Positions 9,885 to 19,678 of a stretch of DNA of 64,000 bases are shown one piece after another; position 1 is the stretch's first letter; each line of letters begins with the position of its first letter. Position numbers and translations under genes: made by a program. Under the pieces are notes generated by a model. It did not search any database. It was not told where the DNA came from and saw nothing but the letters and a program-made list of their open reading frames with translations. Source of the stretch: a virus (taxonomy: Duplodnaviria > Caudoviricetes); IMG/VR virus record IMGVR_UViG_3300028175_000001; one strand, 5' to 3'.

Positions 9885-10826
9885 TTAAATAAATTGACAT
9901 TCTACCATTATTTCTACAAGACAAGCAACTAGATTTAATTCATGATCTGCCGCAAAAGCCGATTTATATTGCGAATCTGCTAAAATTAATACCAATTGAG
10001 GTATCGATGTTGCTTGAACGTGATTTGATGCAACATCATAAATTTTTCTGTAAACTTTTTGCGGATCATTATCCAAGTTATTCACAACCCATTTTCGCAC
10101 ATCATTGAATTTTTTAACCTTCATGTAATTCATAAGTTCGGTCAAATCTAAATCTGAAATTTGAGACAATATACCCGTATCTATGTTACCGTATTTAGAA
10201 TATTTTTGAAGTTCATTCAGTGTTCGACGATAATCAGGAAAATGTTTCATCAACACTTCCGCAACCACTTTTTTATCATAATTTACATTTTCTTGATCTA
10301 GGATATTATAAAGTCTTTTTCCGAAATTCGTCCCAACAGTTAACTTATCTTCTCTGCTTATCTTAAAATCAATTGATTGACATCTAGATCGCAAAGGCTC
10401 AATAATTCGATTAACATAATTACACGTCAGTATAAATGAACAATGTTTTTCGAATTCTTCAATAAAAGATCTTAGAGCCGGTTGGGTAGAATTGGGGTTT
10501 AAATAATCTGCTTCATCAAGTATAACAACTTTTCTTCCACCATCAAAACTGACTGTTGACGCATATCCTCTAATTTTAGTACGTAAAACATCAATGCCAG
10601 ATTCTTCAGAACCATTTATCATAAGAAAATCACACCCTATTTCATTACAAAGAGCTTTTGCTACGGTCGTTTTACCCGTACCAGGATCCCCAGAAAGAAT
10701 CATATTAGGAATACGTCCTTCCAATGATATCTGACTAAAAAGTGTTTTTATTCTATCAGGAAGTATACACTCTTCAATTGTTTTAGGTCTATATTTTTCG
10801 ACCCATAAAAAAGATTCTCCAAACAT
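9885..10826 (-). CDS. 44: Clamp loader large subunit (gp44)
   Basis: LWVEKYRP, GDPGTGKT, ILDEAD and LRSRC motifs. Confidence 0.96.
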   Translation of the reverse strand: MFGESFLWVEKYRPKTIEECILPDRIKTLFSQISLEGRIPNMILSGDPGTGKTTVAKALCNEIGCDFLMINGSEESGIDVLRTKIRGYASTVSFDGGRKVVILDEADYLNPNSTQPALRSFIEEFEKHCSFILTCNYVNRIIEPLRSRCQSIDFKISREDKLTVGTNFGKRLYNILDQENVNYDKKVVAEVLMKHFPDYRRTLNELQKYSKYGNIDTGILSQISDLDLTELMNYMKVKKFNDVRKWVVNNLDNDPQKVYRKIYDVASNHVQATSIPQLVLILADSQYKSAFAADHELNLVACLVEIMVECQFI

Positions 10827-10845
10827 TTATAATCCGCGCAATGGG

Positions 10846-11523
10846 TTAATCTTCATATATTGAATTTGCTAATTCTATAGCAATAAAATATTCTATAACA
10901 TTATCAGAACTTATAAATTGAGCCAATCCTTTACTTGATAACAATACATTATAATTTTTAGACATTAATTTTGTAATATTTTCAAATTTAAAAATAAATT
11001 TGAAATTTTTATCAGTTTCACCAACTACTTGTTCAGAAGAAGTTTCATTAGTTTGTGAATCTAATGCTGTAATAGTTATATCAGCCCCATTACCTATGAT
11101 ACCTATTTCAGGCAACGAAAGTACGCTTGCTTGCTTAATGGAAAAATCTAAAGCACTTGATTCAAGAGTAAAACTAACATCTTCAGTAGGAAGATGGACA
11201 TTTTTTCCTTCGGGGGGCCTTACAACAAGATCTGGGTCACACATCCAATATTTAACTTTTCTTTGATTTTTCTTGTCCTCAATAAGAATGTATTTTTCTT
11301 CAAATTCAACTTCAGGAGTTTCAAATAAAGAATAAGACCCGAGCATTTTTGTTATATCATATATGCCGAAATTCCTCGGTATATCTTCTATAATATTCGC
11401 TTTTGCTAAAATTGCTTTAGTGGGAGCAACTGTTTTAATTATTTTTCCTTTTTCAAAAAAAATACCATTATTGATATTGGCAAAATTCTTCAAAACTGAA
11501 ACGGTTTGATTACTTAGTTTCAT
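10846..11523 (-). CDS. 45: Sliding clamp (gp45)
   Basis: MKLSNQTVSVLKNFANIN, FGIYD and YFIAIE; upstream of gp44. Confidence 0.93.
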   Translation of the reverse strand: MKLSNQTVSVLKNFANINNGIFFEKGKIIKTVAPTKAILAKANIIEDIPRNFGIYDITKMLGSYSLFETPEVEFEEKYILIEDKKNQRKVKYWMCDPDLVVRPPEGKNVHLPTEDVSFTLESSALDFSIKQASVLSLPEIGIIGNGADITITALDSQTNETSSEQVVGETDKNFKFIFKFENITKLMSKNYNVLLSSKGLAQFISSDNVIEYFIAIELANSIYED

Positions 11524-11553
11524 AATAACACTCCATATTTAATTGTTTAAATT

Positions 11554-12567
11554 TCATTTTTTCTTTTTTAAATTTTTCTTTTTGTCCCTTAAAGATTTTC
11601 TTCTGTCTTGCCTAGTTGATTTCTTCTCTTCAATCCGCTCAATATTTTGTACTGCTATTGCTTCTTCAGTAACGTTTATTCTAGCTTGTCTTAATTTTTG
11701 TGATTGTTCCATATGAACCCTAGCAAGTTCATTAGACGAATCTATTCTTCCAAGGTCAGACATTGAACCATCAAACACATATGTTCCAATATGACCGAGC
11801 TTCATCCAAGGACAAAGATAAATGTTTATATCAATATGTCTTGCTAATTGACAAAATGCATAATCTTCGGAAAGATACCTATCAGACTTGTTTGAAGATC
11901 CCATTGGCATATAGGAGTCATTATCAATAACCGTATCAAAATATGCATGAATATATCGGTCTCCAGAAAATTGTTCAGAACGATTGTGATCTGGTTTATA
12001 ATGAAACTGAGGATATGCATCTTTCCATTTAGTAAAAACTTCTCTTTGAATCATCATAAATCCAGTTCCAATTTCTAAAACTTTTACGGGTTCGTTTATC
12101 TTTAATTCAGTGGTTCCCTGAACTGGATTAAATACAAAATCGCCCACGAATTTCTGCAATTCGTTTGGATCTTTATCAGCCACCCCAGCATCAACTGCTT
12201 GCACAATTTTTTCCCACGCAATACATTTTTTCCCATAGGGGCCACCGATAATAGGGTGTTTATCGTCACACAGTGCGGCAAGAGACAATACGTCTCTTGG
12301 ATCAAAATGAATATCAGCATCAATAAACATCAAATGAGTAAATTCTTCTGCTCTAAGAAATTCATCAACTAAATAATTTCTAGCTCTAGTAATAAGAGAT
12401 TCATTGAATATGAAAAAAAACTTACATTCTATTCCATAATTTGCACACATTGTTGCTAGATCAATACATGCCTTTGTGTACATACCCGCACATTGCCCAG
12501 CATACATTGGTGTTGCAACAAAAATCTTTTTCTTTCTTAATTCTTCAACTTTAATTTCAATTTGCAT
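11554..12567 (-). CDS. GT-A fold glycosyltransferase-like protein
   Basis: IFVATPMY, ESLITRARN, FIDADI (DxD), GTGFMMI and YLSEDYAFC motifs; basic C-terminal tail. Confidence 0.65.
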   Translation of the reverse strand: MQIEIKVEELRKKKIFVATPMYAGQCAGMYTKACIDLATMCANYGIECKFFFIFNESLITRARNYLVDEFLRAEEFTHLMFIDADIHFDPRDVLSLAALCDDKHPIIGGPYGKKCIAWEKIVQAVDAGVADKDPNELQKFVGDFVFNPVQGTTELKINEPVKVLEIGTGFMMIQREVFTKWKDAYPQFHYKPDHNRSEQFSGDRYIHAYFDTVIDNDSYMPMGSSNKSDRYLSEDYAFCQLARHIDINIYLCPWMKLGHIGTYVFDGSMSDLGRIDSSNELARVHMEQSQKLRQARINVTEEAIAVQNIERIEEKKSTRQDRRKSLRDKKKNLKKKK

Positions 12568-12586
12568 TATATCTCCATGATACAGT

Positions 12587-12621
12587 AATAGAGGATAAGA
12601 ATTTATTCCCTATCCTCTATT
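12587..12621. terminator. Inverted repeat, possible terminator after the MoxR/CobS-like gene
   Basis: AATAGAGGATA-13 nt-TATCCTCTATT, an 11-bp perfect stem in the intergenic gap. Confidence 0.5.
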
Positions 12622-12633
12622 TATGACTGTCAA

Positions 12634-13821
12634 TTAAAAGGGTGTTTCTGTATCCTCTTCTTCATTAGATGTATTCTCTTCTTCAAGGGTAGATTCTCCG
12701 TCTTCAGCAGGGGTTTCCCCAGGAACAGTAACATCAGCATCAACTTTGCTGTATAAATCAAGAAACGCAGATTTAGTTTCTTCATCAAAACGATTAACAC
12801 ACATCTGAATTGATTTCATTTTATCACCAAAAATAGCGTATGCATTACAAATATGAACTAGTCGGCGAGTAGCAATAATTTCGTCAACACCACCATCGTA
12901 AAATGTTTTACGAATAATGTCCGCCCAGTTTGTAAGTTTATCAACAAACTCTTCATTTTCACAACCAAGAGAAACAAGAACTGCATTGAGAATTTTTTTC
13001 TCAACTGAAATACTCGGATAATCTTGTTCCATAGTAATTGCAAATCTTTCAAGAAATGCTTCATTAAGAATATTTGTTCCGATAAATCGTCCATCATCAG
13101 AACCTTTTCCTTTAGTATTTGCAGTAGCAAAAACATTAAAACCTCGAACGGGACGAATCCATTGATTTATCTTTTTAATGAAAATACCTTTACCTTCAAG
13201 AACAGGTTGCAAACACATAATTTTATTTGATGCAAGATCGACTTCATCAAGAAGCAGAATAGCACCTCGTTTCATTGCTTGAATAACTGGACCATCTTGC
13301 CAAACAGTTTCCCCATCTTTCAAAAGATAGTGACCAAGCAAATCATCTTCATCAGTTTCAATAGTAACGTTAACACGAAACATTTCACGATTAAGTTTTG
13401 CACAAACTTGTTCAACCATGAATGTTTTACCATTACCAGAAAGACCAGTCACAAAAGTTGGATAAAAAATTCTCGATTTGACAATCTGTTCGACATCTTT
13501 ACAATGTCCAAATCTAACAAAATGAGAATCTTTATCTGGAATAAATGATTCGGTTTGTACGGGAAATGGAATCACTTTAGATTCCTTTTTTTCTTCAGGA
13601 TTTTCATTAACAACTGTTTGTGCTAATGCACTTTTCATAGAACCATCAAGTTGAGGGATACGATATACACCTCTAGCAACTTTATATGTCTCATTTTTCT
13701 GCACCCATGCAGTACTCACACCAAGTTGTCTTCCAATTGCTTTCAATTCCGGACGAGAAATTTCGTCTTCATAACCAGCATCAATAACAGCTTGAACAAG
13801 AGCCTTTTGATTCACGTTCAT
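12634..13821 (-). CDS. MoxR/CobS-like AAA+ ATPase
   Basis: GLSGNGKT Walker A, LLLDEVD Walker B, FATANTKG and AFLERF; acidic tail. Confidence 0.9.
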   Translation of the reverse strand: MNVNQKALVQAVIDAGYEDEISRPELKAIGRQLGVSTAWVQKNETYKVARGVYRIPQLDGSMKSALAQTVVNENPEEKKESKVIPFPVQTESFIPDKDSHFVRFGHCKDVEQIVKSRIFYPTFVTGLSGNGKTFMVEQVCAKLNREMFRVNVTIETDEDDLLGHYLLKDGETVWQDGPVIQAMKRGAILLLDEVDLASNKIMCLQPVLEGKGIFIKKINQWIRPVRGFNVFATANTKGKGSDDGRFIGTNILNEAFLERFAITMEQDYPSISVEKKILNAVLVSLGCENEEFVDKLTNWADIIRKTFYDGGVDEIIATRRLVHICNAYAIFGDKMKSIQMCVNRFDEETKSAFLDLYSKVDADVTVPGETPAEDGESTLEEENTSNEEEDTETPF

Positions 13822-13876
13822 ATTTTCTCCATAATATAATTAATAAAAAATGAAAGATGAAATAAATTCGCCGCCA

Positions 13877-13924
13877 CTAAATTACACCGTTGCAGGCACC
13901 AGAACATTTCCAGAAGGAAACCAT
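13877..13924 (-). CDS. Candidate 15-aa leader/small peptide MVSFWKCSGACNGVI
   Basis: GGAGG RBS about 11 nt before the ATG at 13924, just downstream of a sigma70 promoter. Confidence 0.3.
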   Translation of the reverse strand: MVSFWKCSGACNGVI

Positions 13925-13952
13925 TTGCGAACTTCCTCCACCTTTCACTACT

Positions 13953-13981
13953 ATTATCTCAAATCCACGCCTATTTGTCAA
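13953..13981 (-). promoter_or_regulatory. Sigma70-type promoter
   Basis: Minus strand TTGACA-17 nt-GATAAT with TG extended -10. Confidence 0.7.
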
Positions 13982-14370
13982 GACATTTCTTGGTCTAAAT
14001 CCATTTTTTTCACTTCTTCCCAAGTTCCATCCCCTAATTGTTTTACTGTAATTGCTGATTCTTTCTTATTCCATTCTTCGGGAGAAATCAAAGACAACAT
14101 ATCATCTGCATATAAGAAGTAATGTCTTTCTTTTACAATACGAAATGAAATGTTGACTTTTTCATGAATTCTCTTTGTTAATTGTACTCTGTCCATGATT
14201 TCTTTTGCTTGTTTTACTAAAAGATTTGCATGTTCTTGCAGTCTATTTATTTCTTTATGGGCAGATGTTTCCATTGCTTTAAGCAATTGGGAATCTGTTA
14301 AAGATTTTTCTGTTAGTATTTTTTGTATTTCTTTGTTTTTATTGTCCCATATAGGATTATCGATTGTCAT
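13978..14370 (-). CDS. Hypothetical protein resembling the DUF2452 family
   Basis: Coiled-coil LQEHANLLVKQAKEIMDRV followed by HYFLY...LSLISPEEW; family resemblance is from memory only. Confidence 0.55.
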   Translation of the reverse strand: MTIDNPIWDNKNKEIQKILTEKSLTDSQLLKAMETSAHKEINRLQEHANLLVKQAKEIMDRVQLTKRIHEKVNISFRIVKERHYFLYADDMLSLISPEEWNKKESAITVKQLGDGTWEEVKKMDLDQEMS

Positions 14371-14373
14371 GAT

Positions 14374-16662
14374 TCATGCGACCATTTCTGCAAAACTTTT
14401 CAAAACAATTCTATTAGTAAGTTTTTTCTTATTAAAGTTTTTAAATGCTTTAGTCAATTGACTTTTTGAAGCATCTTCACTAACAACAAAATCTTCATTT
14501 CCAACATTCAAATCTTCACCATCTTTAATGTAATACAATTTATCATAACCAAGATAATTTGAAGCAACATACGACTTCTCTCTTTTCCAAAGTTTTAAAA
14601 TTTCAGCAGAAGTTGGAGCATCCTTTGTACCCCAGGAAATATCCTGACTTATGTATTTAAATCTTCTTCCAGTTAAGAAAAATCCCAGAATATTAACATT
14701 ACATCGATCTTTTAAAATTTTATAAAAAGTAGCAGTAGACCTTCCACTTCGGCGACCTCTGGAATTATAAGTTTTTTTAGTGACAGGATCAACATAATAT
14801 GTGTCTCTTCCTCTACTATCAAAATATTCTTTATCCAGTTCACCGTCTTCATTAGCTTTCCAATATCGAGTATTAGTATGGGATTCACCATCAGTAAGAA
14901 AAACTGCATTTACAATTTGTACACGGTTTTTCTTTTGAAATTCAGGAACTACTTCTAATGCCGCAATAATTGCCGCATCAAGAGGAGTCCCACCCAACTC
15001 AAAATGATATGGAATTGCATATCTAAAATCATAATAATAATCAGGATCAAATTTTTTCATCTTCAATTGCACCATAGATTGCATAGCATAATTCATTTCT
15101 GAAGTTGACATTGAACTACTGAAAAGATTCATTAAATGCAAAGTAGAATTAGAAATCATATGTTTTTCTTTTTGAAAGAAAACTCTTTCACTTTGTTTTT
15201 CTTCACTTCCATCATGTACCTCTTGTGAAGTCAGTTTTTCTCCGTTTCTGTTCATTGTCCTAATACTACGATCAGTAAAAGCGTACACCTCAAAAGGAAT
15301 ATTTACTTTTTTACAAAACAGAACCAAATTCAAAAGTTGATCAATAGTACCTGCAAGGTTCGAATGCATAGAACCAGACCAGTCTATGAATAAAACAAGA
15401 CCATGATTTTTTCCAGAAGCAATAGTTGCAACTTTTTTGAAAAGATTATCATTATATTTGTAAGAATGAATTGAAGACATATCAAGCAAACCAGTTTTTG
15501 AAATGCTGGTCCTTTTATATTCATCGGCCCTCTTTCTCATTTCAAATTCTTTGACTAAATAATCTACTGTTTTTGAATTCTTACTTTTGAATTCTTTCAC
15601 CATAGTTTGTGCAATAGAAAACATTTTTTCATAACCTTCATTCTGAAACTTAGGATCTGAAAAATATTTACGAGTCATCCCATATAATTCCTTATGAGAA
15701 ACAATTATTTCCTCCAAATTTGCTTTTGGAATTGTTACATAGTCCCAAATTCGTTCAGATTCTTCATTTAAATCTTTTGCTGATTCTTGCCATGCTTCAT
15801 CAGTAAATGCTTTCGGATCTAGTGGAGAAAAATCTTTATCATTCGATACTCCACCTTCAAGACCAGAAGTTATTTGACCTCCCGCTTCTTCACCTTTATC
15901 TCCACTTCCATCCTCTTCTTCACCTTCGCCTCCAGCAGAAGCATTTTCTGATTCTTCTTCAGAAGATCCTTCTTCCTCTTCATCTTCTTCCATCCACTCA
16001 AGCGGAGAATCTCCCATTACTTCAGGCATTTCTTCACAACCATCAAAACCTTCACACATTGAAGATTCAAACTCAGAAAAATCTTGAAAATCTGTTTGAC
16101 TTTCATTTTCTTTTGAATACTCAAAAAGTCTTACAGTAATATCATAAATTTCTTCAAAAGTCTCTGCATTATCAATTTCAGTAATGAAAGGGCTTTCTAT
16201 TTCATTAAACTCAATACCAGCAGATGCACCGATTTTATAATGTAAATTAATTCTATCAATCAAATTTAATGTACTCAGATCACGATCTTTTGTTTGAAAA
16301 AAATTCTCTGATACAAGTTGGCGATAGCCTTCAATCATCGGCTTTGAACCACCTGGATACTTTCTTTTTATCTTTTTCTCAATTCTAGCATCTTCCACCA
16401 CATTAAGATAAGACTTGAATCCAGGACCCTTCGGATTCTTTTCAGAATGTAATCCTTTCAAAGGAGTCCAGAGTGCATGACCAACTTCATGGAGAACCAT
16501 CAAATCATAAATCGGACCACTCATATACTTGAAAATTGGTAGACGAATGACCCGATTTTTAACATCAAATGATGCAGTTTGATAATTTCCGTGTTCTACA
16601 GTAATGTTCTCAGAAGCAAGAAGTTTTGCTAAAAGAGATTTTGTAGACTGTATTTCATTCAT
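14374..16662 (-). CDS. VWA-domain protein with N-terminal HExxH metallopeptidase-like domain (CobT-like MoxR partner)
   Basis: LHEVGHA, acidic linker, MIDAS IDWSGSM, GGTPL and FLTDGE; start at ATG 16662 after AGGA. Confidence 0.85.
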   Translation of the reverse strand: MNEIQSTKSLLAKLLASENITVEHGNYQTASFDVKNRVIRLPIFKYMSGPIYDLMVLHEVGHALWTPLKGLHSEKNPKGPGFKSYLNVVEDARIEKKIKRKYPGGSKPMIEGYRQLVSENFFQTKDRDLSTLNLIDRINLHYKIGASAGIEFNEIESPFITEIDNAETFEEIYDITVRLFEYSKENESQTDFQDFSEFESSMCEGFDGCEEMPEVMGDSPLEWMEEDEEEEGSSEEESENASAGGEGEEEDGSGDKGEEAGGQITSGLEGGVSNDKDFSPLDPKAFTDEAWQESAKDLNEESERIWDYVTIPKANLEEIIVSHKELYGMTRKYFSDPKFQNEGYEKMFSIAQTMVKEFKSKNSKTVDYLVKEFEMRKRADEYKRTSISKTGLLDMSSIHSYKYNDNLFKKVATIASGKNHGLVLFIDWSGSMHSNLAGTIDQLLNLVLFCKKVNIPFEVYAFTDRSIRTMNRNGEKLTSQEVHDGSEEKQSERVFFQKEKHMISNSTLHLMNLFSSSMSTSEMNYAMQSMVQLKMKKFDPDYYYDFRYAIPYHFELGGTPLDAAIIAALEVVPEFQKKNRVQIVNAVFLTDGESHTNTRYWKANEDGELDKEYFDSRGRDTYYVDPVTKKTYNSRGRRSGRSTATFYKILKDRCNVNILGFFLTGRRFKYISQDISWGTKDAPTSAEILKLWKREKSYVASNYLGYDKLYYIKDGEDLNVGNEDFVVSEDASKSQLTKAFKNFNKKKLTNRIVLKSFAEMVA

Positions 16663-16706
16663 ATGATATCCTGTTTGTTTGATTGTTTTCCTCAACCCTC
16701 ACTTAT

Positions 16707-16735
16707 ATGGTATCAAATTCTGAAAATAGTGTCAA
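16707..16735 (-). promoter_or_regulatory. Sigma70-type promoter
   Basis: Minus strand TTGACA-17 nt-TACCAT with TG extended -10. Confidence 0.6.
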
Positions 16736-16747
16736 GACATTTTTTGG

Positions 16748-16960
16748 TTATATTTGGACCAATGAATCTCTCCAATCAAAACCGCTTGTGGGAATAGTGT
16801 GCAATGGCATGTAATGACCGGTTTTAACATCCCAAGCATCATCAACACAGTTTGGTTTATTTTCATAACAAAACCAGTTATGGTCCCAATCCATGGCCGC
16901 AAAATTCATATTATATTTTGTAAGTTTATCGACTACTTGTTTTTTGATATTAGCTTTCAT
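16748..16960 (-). CDS. Hypothetical protein
   Basis: 70-aa ORF filling the gap after the methyltransferase. Confidence 0.6.
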   Translation of the reverse strand: MKANIKKQVVDKLTKYNMNFAAMDWDHNWFCYENKPNCVDDAWDVKTGHYMPLHTIPTSGFDWRDSLVQI

Positions 16961-16962
16961 AA

Positions 16963-18183
16963 TTATTTTTTGTTATAAGGTTTTAGTACATTTATGTATA
17001 TACTATTTGCAATTTCTGTCATCATTTTTGGAGCCACCATACGACCTAATCTTTCTGCCTGTTGATCATAATCTCCAGTCAAAATAAAATCTTCTGGTAC
17101 TCCCATTAACCGTTTAAATTCTACTATAGTTGGTTTTCTATTTTCAGCATAATGAAAAACACCAGATAATCCTTTTTTCTGACCTTGTTGTGTTAAAGTC
17201 GGAGAAGGAAGATTTGGTGCTGGTCGAATCATATTAAAACATGATCCCTTTGGATTAAATTTATGAAATTGTTTATCTGAAGGTTTAAGAGGTTTTTCTG
17301 GATTAAAGGGTAAAAAACTTAAAAATTTCTTTTGAAATGATCCCTCAACATAATCTAAAAGCATTTTTACTTCTTCTGGATCATTTTCAATATCTTCAAA
17401 TGCTTCCTTCATAGAAACATGCTTTGAAACTGTTTTGGAAGGAAAAATGCCATTTATGTTCATAAAATTAAGACCAATTTTGGATGCAACATCTTTTCTC
17501 ACACATATAAAAATTGTTCTTTCTCTTGCTTGAGGTGTTCCAAAATCAGCGGCATTCAAAACTTGATACGAAACTTCATAACCTATTCGTTCAAAATCAT
17601 TAATAAATTCCAAAAGTTTCTTCTTTGACTCTCCGAAAGTTATTCCTTTTACATTTTCTGCTACAATAACTTTTGGTTGAATTCCTTTAGCAATACGTAT
17701 ATATTCTAAAAATAAATCTTCAATACCTTCTTGTGTTTTATTTGAATATTTTTTAATTCCGTCTTTTATTTTTTTTTCACCGGTTTGTATTACTGTACCC
17801 GTATCAAAATCTATTTCTGTATGTGTAGTATCTTCTATATAACCAGTCCAACCTTTATTTCGTTTTCCAGAAAGCGAAAACGCGGAACAAGGAGGAGAAC
17901 CATCAAGTAAATCTAATTCACCAACTTTAATTCCAGCCAATTCTAAAAAATCATCCGATGAATATTTTTTAATATCATCTACTAAAACTTTTGTGTCGGG
18001 AAAGTTTGCTTTATATGTCTCAATTGCTTCTTCAACAAATTCATTTATTAAAAGTATATTTGCACCAGCAAGTCTATAACCCGTAGAGCTACCTCCGCCA
18101 CCAGCAAAACAACTTATGACATTAAACAATTTCTCAGATGATTTTTCTTTAACATCTTTTGTATAATATTTTTGATAATTCAT
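16963..18183 (-). CDS. DNA cytosine-C5 methyltransferase
   Basis: FAGGGG (motif I), GSPPC (catalytic PC), AENVKG and QARERT motifs. The ATG at 18183 overlaps the upstream TGA (ATGA). Confidence 0.92.
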   Translation of the reverse strand: MNYQKYYTKDVKEKSSEKLFNVISCFAGGGGSSTGYRLAGANILLINEFVEEAIETYKANFPDTKVLVDDIKKYSSDDFLELAGIKVGELDLLDGSPPCSAFSLSGKRNKGWTGYIEDTTHTEIDFDTGTVIQTGEKKIKDGIKKYSNKTQEGIEDLFLEYIRIAKGIQPKVIVAENVKGITFGESKKKLLEFINDFERIGYEVSYQVLNAADFGTPQARERTIFICVRKDVASKIGLNFMNINGIFPSKTVSKHVSMKEAFEDIENDPEEVKMLLDYVEGSFQKKFLSFLPFNPEKPLKPSDKQFHKFNPKGSCFNMIRPAPNLPSPTLTQQGQKKGLSGVFHYAENRKPTIVEFKRLMGVPEDFILTGDYDQQAERLGRMVAPKMMTEIANSIYINVLKPYNKK

Positions 18184-19022
18184 GCAAAAAACCCTTCTAT
18201 GCTTGTACTTGTAGTTTTCCAATCTCTGACTAAATCCATTATTCTACTTCTATTATAGATGTTAATTTCTTTATTGTCAAGGAGTTTTTCAAAATAATTT
18301 GGTATTCCTGCGGCCAACTGTAAATTCAGATGATTTCTTCTCTTTATTTCTAGCAATTCAGGAAATGCATTAAACAATGGCGCTTTTTGATATGGTTTAT
18401 TAAAAAAATTCCAATCATACTCTATCATCCAGTCCCAGACCTTCTTATCGATGTATGGAGCAACTAAAGTAGAATCTATAGTTTCTGCTAATAACATTTG
18501 TTGTTTCACTCCTACAGGGTTTCCTGGAGTGAATTTTTGAGATTCTTTATCAAGTTTACCAAAATAATCATTTCTAAAAACATCAAACAATTCTTTAGTG
18601 TGTTTATAATGAATATTTGCACGTTTACTTACTCCATAATAACCATCAGCGGCCCATCCTGTTAAAATGTATTTTTCTTTTATGTGAGGATAAACATATA
18701 AAAAGGGAAATGTACATTCTACATGAGTTTTCTTTTTACATTCATATTTTTTAATCAAAGTAAAAAAATCATTTTCAATATTATCAACTGGAACATCTAT
18801 AAGTTTAAAATTCCAACCAAAATGATCACATGCTTTTTTTGCATAGATACTATCCTCAGAATCTTTTCCATCAACCCGAAACGTATAGCAATTTAGGGTT
18901 TTATTTAATCTATGCGCCGCTATGGCAACTGTCAAACTATCTGTACCACCAGACATTAATACCGCAACGGTTTGATCGGGTGCTTCTTGATCAATAATAT
19001 CCGTGATAATTTTATCAATCAC
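18180..19022 (-). CDS. Asparagine-synthase-like PP-loop (adenine nucleotide alpha hydrolase) protein lacking a glutaminase domain
   Basis: AVLMSGGTDS PP-loop, ILTGWAADGYYG and LVAPYID; GTG start. Confidence 0.7.
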   Translation of the reverse strand: MIDKIITDIIDQEAPDQTVAVLMSGGTDSLTVAIAAHRLNKTLNCYTFRVDGKDSEDSIYAKKACDHFGWNFKLIDVPVDNIENDFFTLIKKYECKKKTHVECTFPFLYVYPHIKEKYILTGWAADGYYGVSKRANIHYKHTKELFDVFRNDYFGKLDKESQKFTPGNPVGVKQQMLLAETIDSTLVAPYIDKKVWDWMIEYDWNFFNKPYQKAPLFNAFPELLEIKRRNHLNLQLAAGIPNYFEKLLDNKEINIYNRSRIMDLVRDWKTTSTSIEGFFA

Positions 19023-19143
19023 GAAAACCTTCGCCTTTTAAAAGATGTTGACAACGATGCCAAAAAACACCCCACATTAACTCAGGTAACGAATCTGCAG
19101 TATAATCACCAACATCTTTAATTACTAGTTTATATTTTGCCAT
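19015..19143 (-). CDS. Small hypothetical protein (42 aa, not in ORF track)
   Basis: Manual translation MAKYKLVIKDVGDYTADSLPELMWGVFWHRCQHLLKGEGFRD*; overlaps both neighbours and fills the gap. Confidence 0.65.
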   Translation of the reverse strand: MAKYKLVIKDVGDYTADSLPELMWGVFWHRCQHLLKGEGFRD

Positions 19144-19678
19144 TTTTAGTTTTTCTTAAAAGGGTTTTCATTTTTTTTCTTGCTTGTTGCATATGAATTT
19201 GACTGGCTCTATCAAAAAACGTATAGCCATTTAAATGATCATATTCGTGCAAAATTACTCTTGCAGAAAGACCAATAAAATTTCCATTATATGGTTCACC
19301 ATCTCTATCTCTCCAATTAATAGAAACCCCGCTTGGTCTTGCTATCTTAGGAAACAAGCCAAACCAAGTAAGACATCCCTCTTTCATCAAAGTTGTTTCT
19401 TCTGTCGCTTCTATAACTTTAGGATTAAACATAATCAAAGGCTCACCTTCGTGTAACATTGCAAATGCTCTACAATTAATGCCTATTTGATTAGAAGAAA
19501 GACCCAATCCTTCATGATGTGTCATATTTTCAAGTAATATCTCTTCTAGTTCTTGAGCATTTAATGTGTGTAATATTTTTTCATCATCAAAATACGTTAC
19601 TTTATTAGATTCAAAATCAAATTCGTCTAGTTTGGTTTCTATTAAAGGATGCACTCCATCTACAAGTTCTAAGATCAT
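19130..19678 (-). CDS. def: Peptide deformylase
   Basis: GLGLSSNQIG, EGCLT and HEYDH motifs. Confidence 0.92.
   Translation of the reverse strand: MILELVDGVHPLIETKLDEFDFESNKVTYFDDEKILHTLNAQELEEILLENMTHHEGLGLSSNQIGINCRAFAMLHEGEPLIMFNPKVIEATEETTLMKEGCLTWFGLFPKIARPSGVSINWRDRDGEPYNGNFIGLSARVILHEYDHLNGYTFFDRASQIHMQQARKKMKTLLRKTKNGKI

Noticed and set aside
13860-13950. Cobalamin riboswitch-like string (GGTGCCTGCAACGGTG) upstream of the CobS-like gene
   Set aside because: The rest of the B12-element core (GGGAA...GGTGxAAxTCC) is not matched. The resemblance is partial and likely suggested by the gene name.
12634-16662. Cobalamin biosynthesis (CobS/CobT)
   Set aside because: There is no CobN or other cob gene. 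MoxR-VWA pairs at this position are common in T4-like marine phages and are better described as chaperone-like.
18180-19022. QueC / 7-deazaguanine DNA modification
   Set aside because: It has a PP-loop but lacks the QueC C-terminal Zn-binding Cys cluster, and no QueD/QueE/FolE/DpdA genes are in the window.
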